Positions 1-12,087 of a stretch of 64,000 nucleotides of DNA are shown here, piece after piece; positions within the stretch are counted from its first letter, which is position 1; each line of letters opens with the position of its first letter. A program made the position numbers and the translations under genes. The DNA lies in contig OZ024741.1 of assembly GCA_964016885.1 (NCBI GenBank), positions 316,262,001 through 316,326,000 on the forward strand, in the 5' to 3' direction. Source of the stretch: Eledone cirrhosa (taxonomy: Eukaryota). The notes below the pieces were generated by a model. That model saw only the letters and a program-made list of their open reading frames with translations, was not told the DNA's origin and made no database searches.

Positions 1-15
1 GTTGGTGCTGAAAAT

Positions 16-16
<1 letters not shown>

Positions 17-82
<66 letters not shown>
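17..82. repeat. (TAGA)n microsatellite
   Basis: Direct tetranucleotide run. Confidence 0.95.
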
Positions 83-124
83 TAGTTGGAGATAGGTGAG
101 GGTTGTGTGTGTGTGTTTGTATAT

Positions 125-380
125 CTGTGACTGTATTTCCGTTGACACTGCTTTATAAAAACGGTGTTCTTTGTTTATGACGAGTAACGTAGCTATTGGG
201 CAAATAGAAATCGATAAAATAAACAGCGGACTTCAAAATAAGTCCTGGAATCGATATCCTTTATATAGTCGAAATCCTTTATATAATAGATATAAGGGAG
301 TCGATATAAACCTTTCAAGATGATGTCCCAGCATTGCCGCAATCTAATGAATGAATAGTGGAAATAAATAAAAGAATAAT
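125..380 (+). mobile_element. Degenerate SINE 3' portion
   Basis: Contains 'tcgataaaataaa...cctggaatcgat', related to the core of other SINE copies in the window, and ends in an A-rich tail. Confidence 0.45.
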
Positions 381-1529
381 ATCTAAGCTGTGTTGTGATA
401 TCACAAAATGATTTCCTTCCATTTTACTGTGTTCCAGAATAATTGTTTAGTTGAAAAAAAAATTTCATTTTTTGTAATGTTAGTAAAGTTTAGTTGAACT
501 AATAATTAGTTTAGCATTTTGTAAATAAAGATCGATTTTTCTTTTATTCTCCGAAGCTCCAAGGAGTTAATTTTCAAATTGGATGGTCTAACAACTGTAA
601 TTGGAAGCTTGGAATTATATGTATGTGTGTGTGTGTCTGTGGGGGGGGGGGGGGGTGCGTGTGAGTGTGTATATGTGTAAGTATCTACTTATGTATGAGT
701 GAATTCCCTTTGCTACATATACAATTTAATCAATATATTTTTCTCTTTTTGTTGTTGTACTGAACACCTTAACAAAAGCTATACTCCAGCATGACCTTAT
801 CTAAGATAGCTAACACAAATAAGAACTAAAGAACCCCATACTTTAAAATATTCATTTGTTTGTTTTTCTTAATTCCTACAGATTTACTTTAATCTAGTCT
901 CTGGATTTTATAGAAGATCTGAGTATCTGCAACAGAAAATTTTCTCTCTAAGAGGTAAGACTGGTTAAAGTGCCTATTTTGCGCGAGGGCCAGCAGCAGG
1001 CCATGCATGCAAGTCTCTATGTCACAGTTGTTGTCTAAGGGATGAACGAGGAGTATACAGTTTGATACCAGTGTAAAGTGTTGCCATTAGAATGTACAAA
1101 AACGGAACAAATACCCTTTCTGATGTTTGTTCCATCTCAGTTAAAAATCACTATGCAAAAAGTAAACAGAAATAACAAAACAAAGGACACAGTTCAATGA
1201 AGAAAAATATTTAGTACAGAGATGAAAAATAAAACAAAACAAATTAATGTTTTACTTAATACTTGATATTTCAGAGCTAATAACCACATTTCAAATGTGA
1301 ATCGGAATCGGTGCAAAACAAAAACAAACGATCAATGTATTCATCCCTAATTGGTTTACGTGTCTTCAATGCGAATGCATGGAGCCGATATAGTAGCCAA
1401 TCTGCTTCGTATCACATTTCTAGCACATTGTACCGGATGTATAAATATAACGTTGAAAGAGATAGACGGCTGAACAATGCAAAATGGACTGTAAGATGAA
1501 TAACAAAAAGTTAAAGTAAGTTACCTGGT

Positions 1530-1808
1530 AATCTTTGTTTTTTAGATAACATGGTAACACTTGCAGCGTCGGAAGTTGATCTCCTTCATAAACTGGTGTG
1601 GTCTGCTGTCGAGTGTTGCACGCCTAGAATTTAAATCAATGCTGGGAATACAGAGACTCTCATCCTCTCAAGGAAGCCTGCACGGGGCACTCTTTATATG
1701 AGTAGACTCCCATTGAAATAAGTGTTGCAGTTTAATATATCAGGCTGTTTTACGGAGTGATGGAAGACAGAAGGCTTAATTAAGTGGAAGAATTGCAGGA
1801 GCTGATAC
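1530..1808 (+). mobile_element. RTE-clade LINE reverse-transcriptase fragment (decayed)
   Basis: Translates DNMVTLAASEVDLLHKLVWSAVECC...FTSDGRQ...GRIAGA with stops and frameshifts. This resembles the RTE RT region following the FADD motif. Confidence 0.7.
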
Positions 1809-2001
1809 AATAATTCTTTCTACTTTTGACACGAGGCCAGCAATTATCCCAGTTCATTACTGGTGCTTCATTTTATTGACCCCGTAAGGATGAAAGGCAA
1901 AGTCAACCGCGGCGGGATTTGAACAAAGACGGTTAAGGGCCGTAACGCCATGCAGAAAAGTATGGCGGCCAACCCTCTACCAATACTACCAATCCATCGC
2001 C
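1808..2001 (-). mobile_element. tRNA-derived SINE (family A; core gcctttcatccttacggggtcgataaaataaagtaccagt, Meta-domain-like)
   Basis: Aligns with copies at 9405, 16822, 17272 and 21273. The head ggcg.tggattgg.agtat and the tail agtagaaacaatta are present. Confidence 0.85.
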
Positions 2002-5000
2002 TGTGGTCCACCATGAGTTTCCCATATTTAGCTGCTATTTCTAGCATACTTATGGATCACCATGAGGTTCCTCTATTTAGCTGTTATTCCTAGCGCACCT
2101 ATGGACCACCGTGAGGTTGCCCCAATTACCAATCCATCGCCTATGGTCCACCTTGAGTTTCCCATATTTAGCTCCTATTTCTAGCATACTTATGGATCAC
2201 CATGAGTTCCCCAATGTAGCTGTTACACCTAGCGCACCTATGGACTACCATGAGGTTCCTCCTATTTAGATGCTATTTCTAGCACATCTATGGACCACAA
2301 TGAGGTTCATCGTATATAGCTGCAATTTCTAGCACACCTATGGACGACCATGAGGTTTATCCATATCTAGCTGCTATTTGTAGCACACATGTGGACCACC
2401 ATGAAGTTGATCTTATTTAGTTGCGACTTCTAGCACACCTATGGACACATTGATGTTCCCACTATTTAGCTGATATTTCTAGCATACCTATGAACAACCA
2501 TGTGGTTCCCCCAATTTAGCTGCTATTTCTAGCACACCTATGGACCACCATAAGGTTCCCTCTATTTAGCTGCTTTTTCTAGCACACCTATGAAAAGTCA
2601 TGAAGTTCCCCCAATTTAGATGCTATTTCTAGCACACGTAAGGACAAGCAAGAGTTTCCCCCATATTTGGCTGCTATTTCTAGTATACCGATTGACCAGA
2701 ATGGGGTTCTCCCTATTTAGTTGCTATTTCTAGCTCATCTATGGACCATCATGAGGTTGCTCCTACTTAGATGCTATTTCTAGCACACCGATGGACAAGC
2801 ATGGTGTGTCCCCTATTTAGCTGCTGCTGCTAGCATATCTGTGGACCACCATGGGGTTCCCCTATTTAGCTGCTATTTCTTGCAATGCTATGGACCACCA
2901 TAAGGTTCCCTTTTTAGCTGCCATTTCTAGTAAACCTATGGAGCATCATGACGTTCTTAGGTGCTATTTCTAACGCAGCTATGGACCACTATGGTGTTTC
3001 TCCTTATTTAGCTGCTATTTCTGGCATACCTATGGACCACCATGTGGTTCCCCTATTTAGCTGCCATTTCTAGAATACCTATGACCACCGTGAGGTTCCT
3101 CTTCTTTAGATCCTATTTGTAGCACACCTATGGACCACCATGAGTTTCCCTGTATTTAACTATTATTTCTAACATACCTAAGGAACACCATGTGAGTCCC
3201 CTATTTAGCTGCTATTTCTAGGACACCTATGGAACACCATGAGGTTCCCCCTATTTACCTGCTAACTCTAGCACACCTGTGGACCACCATGAGGTTCCCT
3301 AATTTAGCTACTATTTCTAGCACACCTAAAGACCACCATAGTTTTCCCCCTATTTAGCAGCTATTTCTATCAAACTTGTGGACCAATTTGAGGTTCGTCC
3401 TATTTTGCTGCTATTTCTAGCACACCTATGGACTACCATTAGGTTCCCCGTATTTAGCTGCTCTTCCTAGCACAACTATGGACCTCCATCAGGTTACCCT
3501 GATTTAGATGCTATTTCTAGCACACCTATGGTACACCATGATGTTCCTCCTCTTTAGCTGCTATTTCTAACACATTTGTGGACCAGCATGAGGTTCCTCC
3601 TATTTAGCTACTTTTTCTAGCACTCCTCTGGACCACCATGAGCTTCCCCCAATATTACTGCTATTTCTAGCACACCTATGGACCAGTAAAGGTACCCCTA
3701 TTTAACTGATATTTCTAAGCACACCGATTGATCAGCATAAGGTTCCTTCTATTTAGCTGCTATTCCTAGCACACCTATGGACCACCATGATGTACCCCTT
3801 ATTTAGCTGCTATCTTTAGCATAGCTATGGACCAACATAAGGTTCCCCCTATTTAGCTGCTATTTCTAGCACCCCTGTGGACCATAATGTGATTCCTTCA
3901 TTTTGCTGCTATTACTAGCACACCTATGACACCATGATGTTCCCCCTATTTAGCTGTTATATCCAGCAATGCTATAGACCACCATATGTTTCCCTTTTTA
4001 GCTGCCATTTCTAGCAAAACTAAGTACCGACATGACGTTCCCGTATTTAGCTGCTATTTCTAGCATACCTATGAACCAGTATGAGGTTCCCATATTTAGC
4101 TGCGAATCCTAGCACACTTATGGACCACCATGAGGTTCCTCGTATTTAGATGCTATATCTAGCAGGCCTATGGATTACCATGAGGTCCCTCCTATTTAGA
4201 TGCTATTTCTAGCACACCTATGGACGACCATGAGGTTCACCATATCTAGCTGCTACTTCTAGCACACATCTGCACCTTTTATTTAGTTGCAATTACTAGC
4301 ACACCTATGGACACATTGATGTTCCCACTATTTAGCTGATATTTCTAGCATACCTATGGACAACCATGTGGTTCCCCCAATTTAACTGCTATTTCTAGCA
4401 CACCAATGGACAATCATAAAGTTTCCCTTATTTAGATGCTATCTGTAGCACACCTATGGACTACCATGAGATTTCCTTTATTTAGCTGCTATATCTAGCA
4501 CACCTTCGGACCCCCATAAAGTTCCCTCTATTTAGCTGCTTTTTCTAGTACACCTATGAAAAGCTATGAAGTTCCCCCAATTAAGATGCTATTTCTAGCA
4601 CACGTAAGGACAACCGAGAGTTTACCCCCTATTTGGCTGCTATTTCTAGCATACCTATTGACCAGCATGAGGTTCTCCCTATTTAGCTGCTATTTCTAGC
4701 TCACCTATGGACCACCATGAGGTTGCTCCTACTTAGATGCTATTTCTAGCACACCGATGGACAAGCATGGTGTGTCTCATATTTAGCTGCTGTTTCTAGC
4801 ATATCTGTGGCCCCTATTTGGTTGCTATTTCAAGCACACCTATGACCACCATGATGTTCCCTTATTTAGCTGCTATTTCTTGCAATGTTAGCAATGCCCT
4901 TAAGGTTCCCTTTTTAGCTGCCAGTTCTAGTAAACCTATGGACCACCATGACATTCCCATACTTAGGTGCTATTTCTAACGCAGCTATGGACCACCATGG

Positions 5001-6282
5001 TGTTTCTCCTTATTTAGTTGCTATTTCTACCATGCCTATGGACCACCATGTGATTCCTCTATTTAGCTGCCATTTCTAGGATACCTATGACCACCATGAG
5101 TTTCCCTGCATTTAGCTACCATTTCTAGCATAACTATGGAACACCATGTGGGTCCCCTATTTAGCTGTTATTTCTAGCACACCTGTGGACCACTATAATG
5201 TACCACTATTTAGCTGCTATTTCTAGCACACCTATAGACCACCTATTGACCACCATGAGGTCGTCGTCGTCGTCGTCCCCCCCCCCCCCCCATTTAGGTG
5301 TTATTTCTAACACAGTTATGGACCACCATCTAGCACACCTATGAACCACCCTGAGGTACCTCCTATTTTGTTGCTATTTCTAGCACGCCTATGGAGCACC
5401 ATGAGGTTCCTCTTATTTAGATGCTGTTTCTAGCCCACCTATGCGCCGCAATGAGTTTCCCTGCATTTAACTGCTCTTCCTATGTACCACCATGAGGTGC
5501 CCCCAATTTAGCTGCTATATCTTGCATATTATGGTCTACTATGTTTAGCTGATATTTCTAGCACACTTATCGGCCACCATAAGGATCCCCAATGTAGCTG
5601 CTATTTCTAGCACAAGTGTACCCATGAGGGTACACTTGTGCTAGAAATCGGAATTTGGCTTCTAGTTCTAACACACCTATTAACCACCATGAGGTTCCCT
5701 GTATTTAGCAGCTATTCCTAGCAGACCTATGGACCACCATGACGTTTACCCTTTTAAGCTGCTATTTCTAGCACAGCTATGGACCACTAGGAGGTGTCCG
5801 TTATTTAGCTGCTATTTCTAGCACACCTGTGGACCACAATGAGTTTCCTCCAATTTAGCTGCCGTTTCTAGCACACCTATGGACCACCATGAGTTCCCTC
5901 CTGTTTAGCTGCTATTTCTAGCACACCTATCGACCACCATGTGGTTCCCTCTATTTAGCTTCTATTTGTAACATACCTATGGACCACCACGAGATTCTCC
6001 CTATTTGGTTGCTATTTCTAGCATACCTATGGACAACCATGTGGTTCTCCCAATTTAGCTGCTATTTCTAGCTTACCGATGGTCCAACATAAGGTTTCCC
6101 TATTTAGTTGCTATTTCTAGCACACTTGTGGACCAGCATGAGGTTCCCTCAATTTAGCTGTTATATGTAACACAGAAATTAACCACCATGTAGTTCTCCG
6201 CATTTAGCTGCTATTTCTAACACACCTATGGACCACAATGAGGTTCCGCATATTTAAATGCTTTTTGTAGCACACCGATGGA
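2002..6282 (+). repeat. About 50-bp satellite array, roughly 85 diverged units (ggaccaccatgaggttccccctatttagctgctatttctagcacacctat)
   Basis: Direct tandem periodicity seen by eye. Confidence 0.97.
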
Positions 6283-6414
6283 GTAATTATTAACACCAAA
6301 GTTGAAAGATGAAAGATAAAACAAAAATACCCAAATGTTGAAAAAAAAACGTCAAACAATAATTATATTTCTGGCGATATTTTAATATTGAATAATTCAA
6401 TAATTATGCGCAGG

Positions 6415-8080
6415 TATAGATGTGCTAGAAATAGTAGCTAAATAAGGGAAACTTCAATGTGGTCCATAGGTGTACGAGGAATAGCAGCTAAATAAGGGGA
6501 ACATGTTCGTCTATAGGTGTGTGAAAAATAGAAACTAAATAGGTGTGGGAGAAATAGCATCTAAATAGGAGGAACTTCATGGTGGTCCATATGTGTGTTA
6601 GATATAGTAGCTAAATTAGGAGTAGTTCATAGTGGTCCATATGTATGCTAGAAATAGTAGCTAAATGGGGGAACCTCATGGTGGTTCATAGATGTGCTAA
6701 GAATAGCAGCTAAATAGGAGAAAGCTCTTGGTGGTCCATAGATGTGCTAGAAATAGCAGCTAATTAGCGGGAAACTCATGCTGGTCCATAGGTGTGCTAG
6801 AAGTAGCAGCTAAATTAGGGGAACCTTGTGGTGGTCCATATGTGTGTTAGAAATAGCAGCTAAATAGGGGAACCTCATGGTGGTCGATAGGTGTGTAGAA
6901 ATAGCAGCTAAATAAGGGGAACCTCATGCTGACCCACACGTGTGCTAGAAATAGCAGCTAAATATGGGAACGGACATGGTGGTCCATAGGTGTGCTAAAA
7001 ATACGAGCTAAATAGGAGAAGCGCATGGTGCTAAATAGGTGTGCTAGAAATTGCAAATAAATTGGGGAAACCTCATGGTGGTCAACAGGTATGATAGAAA
7101 GCAGCTAAATAGGGGAACCTCAGGGTGGTCCGTTGGTATGCTAGAAATAGCAGCAATAAAGAGAGAACATCGCAGTGGCCATAGCTGTGCCAGAAATATC
7201 AGCTAAATAGGAGTAACCTCATAGTGGTTCATCGTTGTGCTAGATATAGCAGCTAAATTGGGGGAACCTTACGGTGGTCCATGAGTGTGCTAAAAATAGC
7301 AGCTAAACAGGGACACCACATGGTGGTCCATTTGTATGCTAGAAATAACAGCTATATAAGGGAAACACCATGGTGTGCTAAAAATCGTAGCTAAATTAGG
7401 AGTACCTCACAGTGGTCGATGTGTGTGTTAGAAATAACAGCTAAATAGGGGAAAGCACATGGTAGTTCATAGGTTTACTAGAAATAGCACCTAACTAGCG
7501 CGAAAAACATGGTGGTCCATAGTTGTGCGAGAAATAGAAGCTAAATTAGGGGAACCTCATGGTGGTCCACATGTGTACTGGAAATAGCAGCTAAATAGGG
7601 GAATCGCATTGTGGTCCATAGGTGTGTTAGAAATAGCAGCTAAATAAAGGGGACCTCATGCTAGTCCACACGTGTGATAGAGATAGCAGCTACATAGGGG
7701 GAAACGACATAGTGGTCCATGGGTGTTCTAGAAATACCAGCTAAATAGGGCAACCTCATAGGTGCAGCCATATAAGTGTGCTACATATAGCAGCTAAATT
7801 GGGGGGGGGGGATTCATGGTGGTGTATAGATGTTCTAGGAATAGCAGCTATCCAGGGAGGGGGGACTTGCTGGTCCATAGGTGTACTAGAAATATCACCT
7901 AAATGGAGGAAAGCACTTGGTGGTCCCTAGGGGCTGCTAGAAATAGCAGCTAAATTGGGGAAACCTCATGGTGGTACATAGGTGTGCTAGAAATAGCAGC
8001 TGAAGGAAGAAACCTTATGGTGGTCCATATGTATGCTAGAAATAGCAGCTAATTGTGGGCAACCTCATGGTGGTCCATAT
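6415..8080 (-). repeat. Same 50-bp satellite in inverted orientation, roughly 33 units
   Basis: Units read ggtgtgctagaaatagcagctaaataggggaacctcatggtggtccata, the reverse complement of the first array. Confidence 0.97.
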
Positions 8081-8810
8081 AAAGAGTACCCTGCGCAGGC
8101 TTCCTTGTGAGGATGGGTGTCTCAATATTCGCAGCATTGATTTACATTCCAGCCGAGCAACACTCGACATTAGACCTCTCCAGTGCATGAAGAAGATCAA
8201 CTTCCGACGCTGCAAGTTTTACCATGTTGTCTACAAATTCCAGCCGACTAATCCTACCCCAACAGTCTTAATACCACTGAACAGGAGAGGAGACAATATA
8301 TACCCTTGGCAAAGTCCGACACCTACATTGAATGGTTTCGTCTTAGCAACCATGTAGCCGAACATTTCAGGACAAGAAACTATCCACCGATCCCATACTC
8401 TTGCAGAACCCGCCACAACACAGTCATGTGCATTTTTTAGTTCTACAAAACAAGTGTACACCTCTTGGCAATACTCCCACGATTTCTCGAAGATCTGCCG
8501 CGGTTTGAATATTTGGTCGGCTGTACTGCGTCCGGAGCAAAAACCACACTGTTCTTCAGCTAATTTGGAATCAACAATATCCCTACATCTCTTTGCATAA
8601 AATTTACGGTGGAGGCTTAACAAGATGATCCCTCTATAATTGGAACAATCTTTCTTGTCTCCCTTTTTTTTAAACTATCATTCCCGATTGCCATTGCTTA
8701 GGTGCTTTTCCCGAGATCCAGACCACCCTGCACACACGAGTCAACCAGAGAATGCCTTCTCTATTTAAAATTTAAGGCTTTTAACATCTCGGTCCATTTA
8801 ATGTTATCTA
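8077..8810 (-). mobile_element. RTE-clade LINE RT fragment (decayed)
   Basis: ORF 8231-8623 contains LAEEQCGF..GRST.DQIF..RQIFEKSWEY and GVGLCQGYILSPLLF. Upstream lie LWLTRVCRVVWISGKAP and KKGDKKDCSNYRG, and downstream DNMVKLAASEVDLLHALERS. Confidence 0.9.
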
Positions 8811-9404
8811 ATTCATACTTTATTTTAACTTTATTTAAATTTATTTCATATTTTCATTTTTACTCTATTTGCCTATAATATGTTATGGCATTTATTTATT
8901 TATTTATTAATTTATTTATTATGCTTCTTTATATTATTTTAATGTCGCAATACGGTGAACAATTTTTCTAATAGTTTACCTATCATTTCCAAAAAAACCT
9001 GATAATTTTCGCTACATATTATATTAACAAAATACGGAGTGATTGAGAGAGAGTGAGTCGTAAGAGACAGGCAGAGGTTGACAGAGAGAGGGAGAGGCAG
9101 AGAGGGTGACGGACAGAGGTTGAGAGAGAGAGAGAGAGGGCGGGTCTGTAATTAATTAAAATACATACAATCAAATTTCTTTAAATTGTTCTAAATTTTG
9201 TTTCCTTCCCTAATCTCTTTTCAAAATTTCAATTAACTGTGCGTGTTGTTTTTCAAAGATGGATGCCAAATATAGGGAAAATAATAATTATTGCGCTGTA
9301 GATTTTTTATCAATTTCTTGGAAGGCTGATTATTAATTTCAGATCCCAAAACTCTCCCGTTTCTTTTTATTTTATCCCCGAAGTTGATTAAACTCTGTTT
9401 TTAA

Positions 9405-9615
9405 TTAATTGTTTCAACTTTACGCACAAGACCAGCAATTTGAAGGGGTGGAGAAAGTCGACCCCAGTACTTATTGGTACTTTATTTTATCGACCCCGTA
9501 AGGATGAAAGGCATAGTTAACCTCGACAGGATTTGAAATCAGAACATAAAGGGCCGTAACTCTATACCGCAAAGCATGGTATCCGGCGGATTACAATACC
9601 GCCAATCCACCGCCC
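9405..9615 (-). mobile_element. SINE family A copy
   Basis: Full head-to-tail alignment with 17272-17496. Confidence 0.85.
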
Positions 9616-9744
9616 TCGGTTGTTAATTAATAATAAATGATGATGGTTTAAATTATTTCAGAAAAGCCAGTACAAAGAAATACAAGAGTAAAAACTAGAG
9701 TAGAGCAAAGTAATAAAAACAAAACAGTTTACCTAATATTTCAT

Positions 9745-10090
9745 GATAGTGGACGCAACATAATGAATTGGTTAAGAAGTTCGCTTCGTAATCATTAGGT
9801 CCGGGTTCGATCCAACTGCGTGATACCTTAGCCAAGTGTCAGGTCGACCCAGGCATAGTGAGTAAAATTAACTTGATGGAAAGTGTTCAGAAGCCCGTCG
9901 AATGGACTGTACCTGTAATCCAAACGACCAGCCTTGTTACACAATAACGCTGAATCTCCCTGAGAATTACGTGAAGGGTACACATATCCGAGGAATGCTC
10001 AGTCTCAACCACGTACTCGTTAATTTAACGAACAGGCTTTTCCGTTGATCGAACCACTGGCACACTCATTATAGAAACCGACGGAGGTCT
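9745..10090 (+). mobile_element. tRNA-derived SINE (family B)
   Basis: Has an A/B-box-like head (tggttaagaag...gggttcgatcc). The body 'ccagccttgttacac...gctgaatctccctgagaattacgtgaagggtac' recurs at 60850 and 63935. Confidence 0.75.
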
Positions 10091-10943
10091 GTTCCTTCCT
10101 ATATTTCATATTTCGAGGTTATAACTTCTCTCTTCTCTTTCAAAAGAAAAGAAAACGGTGTGGTGATGATAAACATATTTTGTCTTTCATACTTCAAGTG
10201 TCGATACAATAAAACACCAACTATGTACTGGTGTCGATATAAACGACTTCCCCCAACTTACCCAAATTTCTGGCGTTGTGCCTAAATTAGAAACCATTAT
10301 TTATTGATATTATTTTTTGATCCAACATAATTCCCAATAATTATGTATTTATCTCCAATTTACTTTGATTTAAACTGTTTGATGTTCATTGAAAAAGAAA
10401 AAGAAACATTTTAGGAGTCTTTTATCGGATGTACTCTGTGTGTAGTTTTGTTTATTTACTTGTTACTATTAATTAAGATATATTTCCCATTCTACTGTTT
10501 TATCTTTCTGATATGTAAAACATGTTGTCTCATGGTCCCAGCGGACAAATTTGTAAATATGTTACCCTAGAGCTAGCGAGGGAGATGCAACGAAAATGTC
10601 AGTCTAACTCGCGGGGCTCGCTTTTGCAGATGCCCATCTCCGTCCCAATTGCAATCAGTGGGGAGTGATTTGAGGGTCTAGAACGACAGATGTTTCCACA
10701 GATTGTGGGCACTTTTTCTTTAAGAAAAAGAAACGTTTGTTTATCTCCTAGATTTGACATTATTTAGGAAAATTTAAATCTTTTACTTTGTGATCAAATT
10801 TCATCACACACTTACGACCTGTATTCAAATTGAGATAACAAACTTTGGGGGAAGAAATTACTTCGTGGGAAGAGCTAGGTAGCCATTAAAAACTCATTTA
10901 TATACATTTCATTCACGTTTGGCTTCCAGTGCTTGAAGCCTAC

Positions 10944-11115
10944 ATGGTCAAACCCCTTCACCAACCAAGACACAAAGCTCCGCCTGAATGGTCAAACCTC
11001 TTCCTCAACCAAGACACAAAGCTCCATCTGAATGGTCAAACTTCTTCACCAACCAAGACACAAAAGCTCCACCTTACACGGTCCAACTTCTTCACCAACT
11101 AAGACACAAAGCTAC
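10944..11115. repeat. 44-bp minisatellite, about 4 copies
   Basis: atggtcaaacc..ttcaccaaccaagacacaaagctcc starts at 10944, 10988, 11032 and about 11077. Confidence 0.9.
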
Positions 11116-11179
11116 GGATGTATTCATCATATCATTGTACCGGCGGCGACTTATATTTGTGAGACGCGGGGTAAAACCA

Positions 11180-11470
11180 CCTGCCAGAATTTTTAGAACT
11201 ACAAATGTCTTCCTCAGATATTGTCTTAGAACCATACTAAGAATGTGTTGGTATGACTACATCAGGAATGAAGAAGTCGTGGAAAAAATGGCCAGTCTGA
11301 GTCACCTAGGGGAATGCCATTAGTGCTAGGTGTTACACATGTCCTCGAAGAAAGCAATGAGACCCTCCTTCGAGAGTGGAAATTTGAGGTAGGAGACGAG
11401 ACAGGCCAATCAATAACGGCTGAGATCTGTGGTGGGAGACTTGGCAAACATGGGCCTAGTTTAGGATCAG
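11180..11470 (+). mobile_element. RTE-like LINE C-terminal fragment
   Basis: NVFLRYCLRTILRMCWYDYIRNEEV matches the RTE CLR.IL.I.W.D.I.N.EV motif. The fragment is degenerate. Confidence 0.65.
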
Positions 11471-11974
11471 ACTTGTGACAGGGTGTGAGATTGTGCAGGG
11501 TAGTGGTCTCTAGTCGTCCAATATTCCATAGGGAGTAGGAGCAACTAATTTTCCCTTTATGACATTGAAACTGTAGAGGTCACTCAACTTGCTAAAAATA
11601 ACTATTAAATCAACTTCAAACAACACCCAACTATCTTTGAAATGTTAGTACAGTTATTATTGACAGCAAACTTATGATCAAATGGCATTCCAGCCATGAC
11701 CATTCAGTCTTCCTAGGATTACCGTATTCAAAGTGTTCTTCCTTAAATGATGTCCTAACGTACTCTGAAAAATAGGACAAGATGGCCTCTGTTAGAACAC
11801 ATTAACCATACGACTGTTAGAGTAGAGCTGACTACTTGAGATGAAAATAGGCTAAATCCTATGTAGATTTTGCGTATTGAACATTTGCTGAATATGATCA
11901 TTTGCATATAACAAATAAAAAAAACATCAACTGGATGTGCTCATTTGAATATAGTGTAAGCTTGGTTGTTATAA

Positions 11975-12087
11975 TTATAATTGTTTCTTCTTTTGGCACA
12001 AGGCCAGCAATTACCCAGTACATTACTGGTACTTTATTTTATCGACCCCGAAAGGATGAAAGGCAAAGTTAACCTCGGCGGGATTTG
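11975..12087 (-). mobile_element. SINE family A, 5'-truncated
   Basis: Nearly identical to 16822-16935. Confidence 0.85.

Noticed and set aside
6415-8080. The satellite strand GCTAGAAATAGCAGCTAAATAGG resembles the Cas9 sgRNA scaffold GCTAGAAATAGCAAGTTAAAATAAGG, and the array looks superficially CRISPR-like
   Set aside because: The GAAA loop in sgRNA is an engineered linker. The intervening segments here are homologous to each other rather than unique spacers, there are no cas genes, and the context is eukaryotic. Treated as coincidence.
1545-8235. 155-bp inverted repeats as the TIRs of a giant DNA transposon
   Set aside because: Both translate as RTE reverse-transcriptase sequence and continue as LINE beyond the shared part. 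No TSD or transposase was seen.
9750-9830. tRNA gene
   Set aside because: A/B-box-like head only, continuing into a SINE body. No convincing cloverleaf.
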